From positions 502,632-526,631 of the forward strand of contig CAVYNH010000006.1 of assembly GCA_963769885.1 (NCBI GenBank): a stretch of 24,000 nucleotides of DNA, read 5' to 3'. The DNA comes from Methanobacteriota archaeon (GTDB taxonomy: Archaea; Thermoplasmatota; E2; DHVEG-1). The position numbers and the translations under genes were made by a program. Shown piece after piece: positions 9,169 through 16,325 of this stretch (its first letter is position 1; the number at the start of each line of letters is the position of its first letter). Below the pieces are notes generated by a model. That model was given only the letters and a program-made list of their open reading frames with translations, was not told the DNA's origin and did no database searches.

Positions 9169-11396
9169 TCGCGCATCGGCTCGCCCAGGTCCTGGTACGC
9201 CGGCCGAAGACGGTCTTGCTGGTGTTTACCATTGTCACTGTTCTTGTCGGGCTGCAGATGCATAACGTCTACATGCAGTCGGAACTGACCACGTATCTGC
9301 CACGCGATTCCCCGATGATCGCGCAGTGGGCGGCGCTGAACCAGGAGTTCCAGATCGGCTCGACGATTATCGTGTATGTGGAGGCTGACGACATCCGGGA
9401 TCCGCTGGTCCTGCAGGAGATGGACCGGGTGGCGACCCGGGTTGATACGTATTCGCTGGATCGTGGCGAGCTGGACGGCGTGGTCACGGTCACGAGCCTG
9501 GCGAGCCTGATCAAGGAGGAGCATGCGAAACCACTGCTCCCCGGGGGCTTCGGGGGGGAAGGCCTTAACGAGGTGCCGACGGACCCTGCGCTGATCACCA
9601 CATATCTTGCCCGGGTCCAGTCCATGAAGGAGACGCTGTTCCTGGATACGTATAAGGTGGGGGTCATCGTCTTTCAGCTGTCGCAGACCGCGGATGCGGC
9701 GAAGGTCCTACAGGCGGTCCATGAGGCGGTCGCGAAGAACGCCCATTACGCGGACATGACCGTCACGGGCAGCATCGCCGTGAAGCAGGCGATGCAGGTA
9801 CAGACCACGCAGTCGCTGCTGATTGTCGCCGTCATCGCCCTCGCGTTGGTCATGGTCAACATCTATCTGTTCCATCGGAGTCTGAAAAGCTTCGTGGTCG
9901 CGTTCCTGCCGCTGGGGTTCTCGTTGGCTCTCACCTTTGGGATCCTGGGGCTGGTGCATCCGGAGATCACGGTTCTCACGATCGCTGCTGTCGCCCTCCT
10001 CGTCGGTCTGGGCGATGACTACGCGGTCTACCTTTCCAGCCGCTTCGCCGAAGGGACGACCCAGAAGGATCAAATCGAGAGGGTCGAGTCGATGCTGCGG
10101 ATGACCGGCAAGGCCGTGTTCCTCTGCTGTCTGGCGACGGCGATCGGGTTCGGCTCGCTGATGACGTCCTCGATGGCGCCGATCGTCGCCTTCGGTTTCG
10201 TCTGCCTCCTGGGGACCATGCTGGTGTTCGTCTCCGCGGTCATCCTTGTCCCCTGCCTCTGCATCCTGCTCCATTATGAGAGCCATGAGACGGGCCGTCG
10301 CTGGCACCGCTTCTCCGCTTTCCTTGTTGACCAGCGGAAACGGCTCTTCGTCATCGGGTGCGCCTTCGTCGTCCTCTCGCTCGTGGTGCTCCCCCAGGTC
10401 AAAACCGACGTGAACTACCTGAAGATGGCGCCGCAGGACATCCCCGAGGTCCAGAAGCTCCTGGAGTATTCGGAGAAGTTCGGGAAAGGGGCGAACTTCA
10501 ACGCCCTCCTTGTCCAGACCGAGAATCAGGGGCTCATCGACCCTGAGACGATTGACGCGATCTACGCCCTGGAAACCCGGATCCGTGCCGCGGGCGGCTC
10601 CGCCTACTCTATCGTCGACGAGTTGAAGAAATACAATGAGGTCTTCGACCGAAACACCCTCCTCAGGAACATCACGGCGCTCGCTGGCATCAACACCCTC
10701 ATCTTCGACAAGATCGCGGAGAAAGGACTCGTGAACACGGATTGCTCCAAGACCCTCATCTTGGTCTCGTTCCCCGCGCAGCTCACCATCGAACAGCTCG
10801 AGACCGCTGTCGCCAGTGTCAACACCCTCGCGGCCTCCGCCGGCCTCCCCGGTGACGGCCGGGTCTCCTCCCTCATCGGCCAGGACGCCGTCACCGTCAT
10901 CGTCAACCAGCAGATCATGGGCACGCAGATGACCTCGCTGCTCACCGAGCTGTTGCTGATTCTCGCCTGCCTCATCATCGGGTTCAGCTCCGTCCGGGTC
11001 GGAATCCTCTCCATCGTCCCGGTCCTGTTCGTCCTTGCCTGGGAGCCAGGCTCCCTCGTGATGCTGAACATCCCCCTCTCTGTCGTCAACATCACCGTCG
11101 CCGCCATCGTGATCAGCACCGGCATCGACTACGGCATCATCGTTACTCAGCGGCTGAACGAAGAACGCGGCAAAGGCAGATCCAAGGAAGACGCCCTGAA
11201 GACGACGCTGGAGACCAGCGGCTTCTCCATCATCACCGCCTCCTCCACCACCATGGTCGCCTTGCTGGCCACCTTCTTCGTCAACATCCCGATGCTGCAG
11301 CAGTTCAGCGTCATCGTCATCGTCCTCTACCTGCTCGCGCTCGTCGCCTGCTTCTGCATCCTGCCTACCGTCTATGTCTCAAAATGGTTCCGGTAG
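9165..11396 (+). CDS. MMPL/RND superfamily transporter (HAE3-like)
   Basis: 743 aa; two repeats of a large periplasmic loop plus TM block; LLVGLGDDYAVYLSSRFAE and ISTGIDYGIIVTQRLNEE motifs. Confidence 0.92.
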   Translation: MIAHRLAQVLVRRPKTVLLVFTIVTVLVGLQMHNVYMQSELTTYLPRDSPMIAQWAALNQEFQIGSTIIVYVEADDIRDPLVLQEMDRVATRVDTYSLDRGELDGVVTVTSLASLIKEEHAKPLLPGGFGGEGLNEVPTDPALITTYLARVQSMKETLFLDTYKVGVIVFQLSQTADAAKVLQAVHEAVAKNAHYADMTVTGSIAVKQAMQVQTTQSLLIVAVIALALVMVNIYLFHRSLKSFVVAFLPLGFSLALTFGILGLVHPEITVLTIAAVALLVGLGDDYAVYLSSRFAEGTTQKDQIERVESMLRMTGKAVFLCCLATAIGFGSLMTSSMAPIVAFGFVCLLGTMLVFVSAVILVPCLCILLHYESHETGRRWHRFSAFLVDQRKRLFVIGCAFVVLSLVVLPQVKTDVNYLKMAPQDIPEVQKLLEYSEKFGKGANFNALLVQTENQGLIDPETIDAIYALETRIRAAGGSAYSIVDELKKYNEVFDRNTLLRNITALAGINTLIFDKIAEKGLVNTDCSKTLILVSFPAQLTIEQLETAVASVNTLAASAGLPGDGRVSSLIGQDAVTVIVNQQIMGTQMTSLLTELLLILACLIIGFSSVRVGILSIVPVLFVLAWEPGSLVMLNIPLSVVNITVAAIVISTGIDYGIIVTQRLNEERGKGRSKEDALKTTLETSGFSIITASSTTMVALLATFFVNIPMLQQFSVIVIVLYLLALVACFCILPTVYVSKWFR

Positions 11397-11407
11397 CCAG
11401 ACAACCC

Positions 11408-11665
11408 TTATCTTTTTCGCTTCCGGAAATGCATCGTCCGCAGGAACGGCACGTCAAAGACGAGCGTCCCGACAAGGATAAGACAGCCTAACATGAACTC
11501 GGCCTCGTACGTCGGCAGACCCTTGAGGAGCCCTTGCCCAATAGACTCAATCAGAAAAAGAACCGCGATGAGGAACGGCGCGATGACTAGAATCGGCGTC
11601 AACCACAGCTCCAGCCGCCTGCTCAAGATGATTTTCTGCGCCTGCCGCAACCCCCGCTTGTCCAT
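11408..11665 (-). CDS. Small two-TM membrane protein
   Basis: 85 aa with two hydrophobic segments; start directly abuts the stop of the upstream gene (11666). Confidence 0.6.
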   Translation of the reverse strand: MDKRGLRQAQKIILSRRLELWLTPILVIAPFLIAVLFLIESIGQGLLKGLPTYEAEFMLGCLILVGTLVFDVPFLRTMHFRKRKR

Positions 11666-12364
11666 CTACGACCAGCCTCCAAGCGGATGGATGAGCTCAG
11701 GCGGCAGGATATTCACATGGAACAGTCCAAGGCTCTGCCACAACAGAAACAACAATAACGCGGGAACGAGCTGGATGAGGAGGTCGTCATCGAGCCACCG
11801 GAACTTCACCCGCTCTCCCAAGATTGCCCCAACGGCACCGATGAGACCGACGGCAACGAGAACAGGCGGCGCCGCCCGATACCAGGTCGCCACGAAAAAG
11901 CAGAAACTCAGCAAAAACCCGAGCAGATACGCGAACCGCCGAGGAAAACGATACCGGAATTCCCCGATTGACGGGTCGACGAAACAGGCGCAGAGAATGC
12001 AGGGGACGGCGATCTGTTGCGGAAATAACAAAAACAGAAGAATCAGGCCAACTCCGAAGTAAAAATAGCTCGCGGGACGGTGATGTTCATAGGACCGCAG
12101 CCCGAAAAAATATTGACGATCCAGTTCACCGCCGAGACGCCGGACCTCAATAATGCCTACACACACCAGGATAACCACCGGCACTACGATCTTCGCCAGG
12201 TCGATCCACGGCTCAACCGGCAGCAGGTAGTACACCAGAAAACAAGAGGCAAACGTATGAAACACCCGACGGAACCAATGGGCGTCCACCTCGATGGACA
12301 GAAGACGCTCCAAAAGCTCGTCCTGATATTCCTCAACCCGTTCCTTCAGCTGCTTCGCGTTCAT
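11666..12364 (-). CDS. Polytopic membrane protein, possibly dolichol kinase / phosphatidate cytidylyltransferase-like
   Basis: HWFRRVFHTFASCFLVYYLLP ... KIVVPVVILVCVGIIEVRRL ... GGELDRQYFFGLRSYEHHRPASYFYFGVGLILLFLLFPQQIAV resembles archaeal SEC59/CTP-transferase family layout. Confidence 0.5.
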   Translation of the reverse strand: MNAKQLKERVEEYQDELLERLLSIEVDAHWFRRVFHTFASCFLVYYLLPVEPWIDLAKIVVPVVILVCVGIIEVRRLGGELDRQYFFGLRSYEHHRPASYFYFGVGLILLFLLFPQQIAVPCILCACFVDPSIGEFRYRFPRRFAYLLGFLLSFCFFVATWYRAAPPVLVAVGLIGAVGAILGERVKFRWLDDDLLIQLVPALLLFLLWQSLGLFHVNILPPELIHPLGGWS

Positions 12365-12416
12365 GCAGTAAGCGATGGAAAAACCCTACTCGATTATTAA
12401 TCCTATGGCCTCGAAT

Positions 12417-13112
12417 TTAGTCGGTGCTTGACACCTGCTGATCCAGGGTCATAATCCCCTGACGGCTGGCCACAATCACAAGGTCCGCGAGATTAATGAA
12501 CAGCCCATTCTCAACCACTCCGGGAATCGCGTTAATGTCTTTTTCCAGGACTTCAGGCTGAGCAATCCGACCGAAGTCACAATCGATGATATAGTTGCCA
12601 TTATCCGTGATGAACTTCTCATCAACGATTGTGCGCAGCTCCGCCGTACATCCCAGGTCAACCAGGGATTTTTTCGTCGCCGCCCAGCCAAACTTCGTCA
12701 CTTCGACAGGCACGGGAAAATCAGCCCCGAGGCCTTTGACAATCTTGGTCTCATCCACGGCGATGATTTCCTTTTTCGTATGGTACGCCACGATCTTCTC
12801 GCGGGTCAGTGCGCCGCCACCGCCTTTAATGAGGTTCAAATGGGAGTCCACCTCGTCAGCGCCATCGATGGTGACGTCGATTTCTATAGTCTCGTCAAGC
12901 TCGATGATGGGGATGGCGAATTCACTGGCGAGTTTCTTGGATTTCATGGAGGTCGGGACAGCCTGTATCCGGAAGCCGTCTTTGACCATGGCGCCAAGCT
13001 TGCGAACGGCGAACTCAGCGGTTGAACCGGTCCCCAGACCTACAATCATTCCATCTTCGACGAACTGCACCGCGCGCTCCGCGGCCAGTTTCTTCATTTC
13101 CGGTTGTTCCAC
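12417..13112 (-). CDS. rpiA: Ribose 5-phosphate isomerase A
   Basis: VEDGMIVGLGTGSTAEFAVRKLG, VDVTIDGADEVDSHLNLIKGGGGALTREKIVA, VVDETKIV; GTG start at 13112. Confidence 0.95.
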   Translation of the reverse strand: MEQPEMKKLAAERAVQFVEDGMIVGLGTGSTAEFAVRKLGAMVKDGFRIQAVPTSMKSKKLASEFAIPIIELDETIEIDVTIDGADEVDSHLNLIKGGGGALTREKIVAYHTKKEIIAVDETKIVKGLGADFPVPVEVTKFGWAATKKSLVDLGCTAELRTIVDEKFITDNGNYIIDCDFGRIAQPEVLEKDINAIPGVVENGLFINLADLVIVASRQGIMTLDQQVSSTD

Positions 13113-13139
13113 GCTGTCACCACTCTTGTAACCGGCGTC

Positions 13140-13157
13140 GTATACAAAAACTTATAC
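13140..13157. promoter_or_regulatory. Divergent TATA-like elements between rpiA and kptA
   Basis: gtatacaaaaacttatac: one TATA-like hexamer about 30 nt upstream of each start codon (13112 on -, 13187 on +). Confidence 0.5.
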
Positions 13158-13186
13158 TTTGGAGTGGCATTTCCCACCGTGACATT

Positions 13187-13891
13187 ATGCTAGGCAACTG
13201 TGATGACCACGGGTACTTCCGAGGCGAAGTCTGCCCAATCTGTAACCACAAGGGCCGTTTCCTGATGAGCGACCGTGAGCTCGACTCGCTGGGTCGAATC
13301 ATGGCCGGCGTCTTGCGGCATTTCCCGGAGAAATTGGGAGTCGTGGTCGACGGTCATGGCTGGGTCGATATTTCGAAGTTCGTGGAGGCAGTCGGCGGGA
13401 GCCGCTCGGGGTTCCATTGGTTGAAGACCACGCACGTCGAGGCCATCGCATTGACGGACCCGAAGGGGCGGTACCAGGTTGACGGTGGGATGATTCGGGC
13501 GACGTATGGGCATACCATCGATGTGAAGCTGGATGACCTGCCGCTGGCGGACAATGAGTTCTTCTATTACCCGGTGACCGAGGAGGAGATCGATTTGATC
13601 CTTGAGGGTGGGTTGAGGCCGATTGACCGTCGTCAGGTGCATCTCAGCGGGAGCATCGGGAAGGCGTTGGAGGCGGGTCGTGTGCGTACGGAGGATCCGT
13701 TGATTCTTCGGATTGATGGGAAGAAGGCCAAGGAGGACGGATTGCTCATTTATCGTGCCGGGTTCGATGTGTATGTGACGGACCGGGTTGACGCGAAGTA
13801 CATCTCTAAAGTTGATCCCTCCGAGTATACGGAATCTGGGGAAAAGAGCGATGAAACCGGCGAGGAACCCAGTGAGGAAAAAAGCGAATAG
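13187..13891 (+). CDS. kptA: tRNA/RNA 2'-phosphotransferase (Tpt1/KptA family) with N-terminal zinc ribbon
   Basis: CDDHGYFRGEVCPICNHKGRFLMSDRELDSLGRIMAGVLRHFPEKLGVVVDGHGWVDI...IRATYGHT; start reassigned from 13022 to ATG 13187. Confidence 0.9.
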   Translation: MLGNCDDHGYFRGEVCPICNHKGRFLMSDRELDSLGRIMAGVLRHFPEKLGVVVDGHGWVDISKFVEAVGGSRSGFHWLKTTHVEAIALTDPKGRYQVDGGMIRATYGHTIDVKLDDLPLADNEFFYYPVTEEEIDLILEGGLRPIDRRQVHLSGSIGKALEAGRVRTEDPLILRIDGKKAKEDGLLIYRAGFDVYVTDRVDAKYISKVDPSEYTESGEKSDETGEEPSEEKSE

Positions 13892-14014
13892 ACGTGGGCC
13901 ATTGCTGAGGGGGGTGTCGAGGCATTCTCTTTCTTCGTTCTCGCTTGGGTGGGTACCGTTAGATTTTTAATCATAAAGCAGTTAGGGTCTCCCACCAGGG
14001 TTTTACTCCTGGAA

Positions 14015-14089
14015 GGGCTTGTAGCTCAGCTAGGTTAGAGCAGTCGGCTCTTAACCGACTGGCCGTGGGTTCGAATCCCTCCAAGCCCG
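14015..14089 (+). tRNA. tRNA-Lys (anticodon CTT)
   Basis: Acceptor GGGCTTG/CAAGCCC, anticodon stem GTCGG/CCGAC with loop CTCTTAA, T-loop GTTCGAATC; followed by a T-run at 14090-14099. Confidence 0.95.
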
Positions 14090-14121
14090 TTCTTTTTTTC
14101 AAACCAAGGAGGTATCGTATC

Positions 14122-14208
14122 GTGTTTGGTATTATCATGGCGGGGGTGGGGGTTGTTGTTCCTGTTGTTGTTGTCGGACTTGGCGTGGACGTAGTGAGGC
14201 CTTTATAA
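14122..14208 (+). CDS. Candidate hydrophobic micro-ORF (28 aa)
   Basis: GTG start 8 nt after AAGGAGGT (14106-14113); reads MFGIIMAGVGVVVPVVVVGLGVDVVRPL then TAA. No homology claimed. Confidence 0.3.
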   Translation: MFGIIMAGVGVVVPVVVVGLGVDVVRPL

Positions 14209-14290
14209 CTCCTTGATGATTTCTGAACAGCAGAATTGGGTAATGTCCTTTGGGTGATGGGTTATCAAAAAGAGGTGTCCTGAGTGTCGC

Positions 14291-14589
14291 ATGAAAGCCG
14301 TCCGTCTCTATCAGAACCGGACGGTCGATGGGCGGCGGAAATGGGTTCCTGTGGCCTGGTGCTGTACTGAGTGTTCGTATACGTATACGATTGAGTCTAA
14401 TACGTTGCTGTATCCGATTGGGGGGAGCTCTATCAGGAGTCGTTTCAGGGGCTCTGCCCGAAGTGCGGGCAGAGATTGTCTCGGCTCTTTCGGCATAAGA
14501 ACCCGACCCGGGGCAAGCAGGAGTGGGTCTCCAGCGCGTGGTACTGCACGCGGTGTAAGTGGGTCTGGAACGATGCTGCCTCGCATTGA
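14291..14589 (+). CDS. Small double zinc-ribbon protein, apparent frameshift in the G-run near 14422
   Basis: N-terminal part MKAVRLYQNRTVDGRRKWVPVAWCCTECSYTYTIESNTLLYPIG in the track frame, continuing in another frame as GELYQESFQGLCPKCGQRLSRLFRHKNPTRGKQEWVSSAWYCTRCKWVWNDAASH; the junction is a homopolymer of six G. Confidence 0.65.
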
Positions 14590-14681
14590 CGATATGGATG
14601 AAGCGTGTTCAGCATTGTGCTAGGCGGACTCGCCGACCGGTTTTTTCAAGGTGGACGCTCCCCTGTTTTGGCGGCTATAAG

Positions 14682-14689
14682 TATAAATA
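14682..14689 (+). promoter_or_regulatory. TATA-box-like element upstream of the eL41-like ORF / tRNA-Trp
   Basis: tataaata in the context gcggctataagtataaatacagc, about 45-50 nt upstream of ATG 14733. Confidence 0.5.
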
Positions 14690-14732
14690 CAGCTATCCTT
14701 TTTAGGGCTGGGTATACACCAGAGGAAACGCA

Positions 14733-14831
14733 ATGAAACGCAGCTCACGGGTATGGAAGAAACGGCGGAAAATGCGCTGGAAGTGGCGCAAGAAACGGAT
14801 GCGCCGCGAGAAGCGCATGCGCAAACAGTGA
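14733..14831 (+). CDS. Ribosomal protein eL41 (L41e)-like
   Basis: Untracked 32-aa ORF MKRSSRVWKKRRKMRWKWRKKRMRREKRMRKQ; the segment MRWKWRKKRMRREKRMRK matches the archaeal/eukaryotic L41 pattern MRxKWRKKRxRRLKRxRRKxR. Confidence 0.8.
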   Translation: MKRSSRVWKKRRKMRWKWRKKRMRREKRMRKQ

Positions 14832-14852
14832 TCTTCGATGATTCGCCCCTAT

Positions 14853-14991
14853 GGGAGCATGGTGTAACCCGGCATCATTACGGGCTCCAGTTAGGTATGA
14901 TTACAAGAGGGTCATCTGACGGATGATGAGTAACTGGAGCGATGACCTACGAAGAGACCCGTCGATCTGGGTTCAAATCCCAGTGCTCCCA
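14853..14991 (+). tRNA. tRNA-Trp (anticodon CCA) with a 66-nt intron at 14891-14956 (between positions 37 and 38)
   Basis: Acceptor GGGAGCA/TGCTCCC, anticodon stem ACGGG (14880-14884) with CCCGT (14958-14962), loop CTCCAG + A, T-arm CTGGG TTCAAAT CCCAG. Exons 14853-14890 and 14957-14991. Confidence 0.93.
14892..14949 (+). ncRNA. Box C/D guide-like RNA embedded in the tRNA-Trp intron
   Basis: C box ATGATTA 14897-14903, 12 nt, D' CTGA 14916-14919, C' ATGATGA 14923-14929, 12 nt, D-like ATGA 14942-14945; flanking TAGG 14892-14895 / CCTA 14946-14949 stem. Guides place C39 and C34 exactly opposite the fifth nt upstream of D' and D. Confidence 0.8.
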
Positions 14992-15045
14992 TCCCTCTCG
15001 CCCGCCTCTGAACAAAAAAATGGAACCAATGAGGTTAGAAGAACT

Positions 15046-15246
15046 ATGTTCAGCCTGAAGAAATTCAACCTGACAACCGTCTTTGCCATCCTCCTCGTCA
15101 TCGCAGGACTTGCCTTGTACATCGGCTGGGGAATCCAGTACGGCGTCTGGTACGACATCGGCATCTATTCAATCGTCATTGTGCTGGTCCTCGCCGGCAT
15201 CCTCGGCATCCTGATCTCCCTGCGCGACGTCAAAGAAGAGGCATAA
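15046..15246 (+). CDS. Small two-TM membrane protein
   Basis: MFSLKKFNLTTVFAILLVIAGLALYIGWGIQYGVWYDIGIYSIVIVLVLAGILGILISLRDVKEEA; the track ORF start at 14923 lies inside the tRNA, so the start was reassigned. Confidence 0.7.
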   Translation: MFSLKKFNLTTVFAILLVIAGLALYIGWGIQYGVWYDIGIYSIVIVLVLAGILGILISLRDVKEEA

Positions 15247-15306
15247 CCCCCCCTTTTTCCCCCTATTTTCTAGATAACTATTAAATAGAATCCCAGATAC
15301 TTACCC

Positions 15307-15519
15307 TTGATGAATCCGAGCGACGAGGAATTACGGAAGTACTCTGGAGAATGGGTCCTGCTGTTCAAAGACAAGGTCGTCGACCACAGCGTCAACCTCG
15401 AAGAGGTCCTCAAGGTCGCCGAGGAGAAATACCCGGAAGACAAGGTCCCCAAGGACAGCCTCAAGATTTCCAGGGTCCTCACCAGCCCGCAGGAAAAAAG
15501 CCAGCGGTTCATCAAATAA
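15307..15519 (+). CDS. DUF5678-like small protein
   Basis: KYSGEWVLLFKDKVVDHSVNLEEVLKVAEEKYPEDKVPKDSLKISRVL resembles the DUF5678 pattern YxGEWVAxxxGKVVxHGxxLxEVxxxAxEKYP. Confidence 0.65.
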   Translation: MMNPSDEELRKYSGEWVLLFKDKVVDHSVNLEEVLKVAEEKYPEDKVPKDSLKISRVLTSPQEKSQRFIK

Positions 15520-15563
15520 CCCCGGTCCCATCGCAAATCTTATTCAATCCCAACCCTTTACCT

Positions 15564-15968
15564 ATGCCGATGCCATCACGACCCCTCATCTTCCCCTACA
15601 ACGACTATCCCTTGATTCCCATCAAGTTCCACTACCAGGACCGCGTCACCCCTCTCATTGACGCCCTCCTCGACTCCGGCGGCGACTTCATCGTCATCCC
15701 CAACGCCATCGCCAAATTCCTCAAACTCAAACTCTCCAAAGCCGGCTGCGTCGACACCGCCGGCGGCGAAGCCACCCTCTGCAGCTCCCGCGTCACCATG
15801 ACCATCCACGGCGACGGCCACCAGTACAGCTACCCCAACATCGAGATCTTCGTCTCCGACCGCAACGACCTCCCCGTCCTCCTCGGCCGCAAACCCATCT
15901 TCGACGACTACGAGATCGTCTTCAAGAAACACGAAAACACCCTCATTCTCCAATCCATCCACCCCTAA
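15564..15968 (+). CDS. Retropepsin-like aspartic protease domain protein
   Basis: Start reassigned to ATG 15564. IDALLDSGGDFIVIPNAIAKFLKL (D-S-G catalytic motif) and VSDRNDLPVLLGRKPIFDDYEIVFKKHENTLIL (LLGR...F) are typical of clan AA proteases. Confidence 0.75.
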   Translation: MPMPSRPLIFPYNDYPLIPIKFHYQDRVTPLIDALLDSGGDFIVIPNAIAKFLKLKLSKAGCVDTAGGEATLCSSRVTMTIHGDGHQYSYPNIEIFVSDRNDLPVLLGRKPIFDDYEIVFKKHENTLILQSIHP

Positions 15969-16082
15969 AAACAACCCAATAGACACCTGGAACAGGGGAA
16001 ATAGTCACAGAAAACCATTGTTAATATTAAAGGAACCTTTAAATCAAAGAGCATGGATATCCCACCCCGAGGGAACAAACCT

Positions 16083-16268
16083 ATGGTGTATGAACAGAAT
16101 GGATGGAAACTCTATAAACGCGACGTCACTTTGAAAGGAGGACGGAATCAAACCATTTACTTTTTCAGCAAACGCATCCCAAAAAGCGGGACACCCTGCG
16201 ATCTCCCACCTGGCTACACCGTCGGTGTCAACAAACGCACCGGCCTGCCCTACCTTAAAAAAGCATAA
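16083..16268 (+). CDS. Small conserved-looking protein of unknown function (GWKLYKR...IYFFSKRIPKSG...PPGYTVGVNKRTGLPYLKK)
   Basis: ORF 16053-16268; ATG 16083 (MVYEQNGWKLY...) is a more likely start. Confidence 0.6.
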   Translation: MVYEQNGWKLYKRDVTLKGGRNQTIYFFSKRIPKSGTPCDLPPGYTVGVNKRTGLPYLKKA

Positions 16269-16272
16269 ATCC

Positions 16273-16325
16273 GAGGGTCCTGCCCTCTAACCGCCTCAAG
16301 CGACAGCCTTTCGCCGTCCCTTGAG
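16273..16325 (+). terminator. Tandem hairpins downstream of the 16083-16268 ORF
   Basis: GAGGG(16273-16277)/CCCTC(16283-16287), and CTCAAG(16295-16300)/CTTGAG(16320-16325), followed by tctttctt. Confidence 0.35.

Noticed and set aside
14000-14014. Small inverted repeat CCAGG...CCTGG just upstream of tRNA-Lys
   Set aside because: Only 5 bp and overlapping the tRNA promoter/leader; could be chance.
14213-14285. C/D-box-like motifs (TGATGAT...CTGA, GTGATGG...CTGA) before the zinc-ribbon gene
   Set aside because: Spacings (3 and about 19 nt) do not fit the archaeal box C/D layout and no target complementarity was found.
14923-15045. Track ORF start inside the tRNA-Trp intron and 3' exon
   Set aside because: The first 41 codons are intron/tRNA sequence; the plausible protein starts at ATG 15046.
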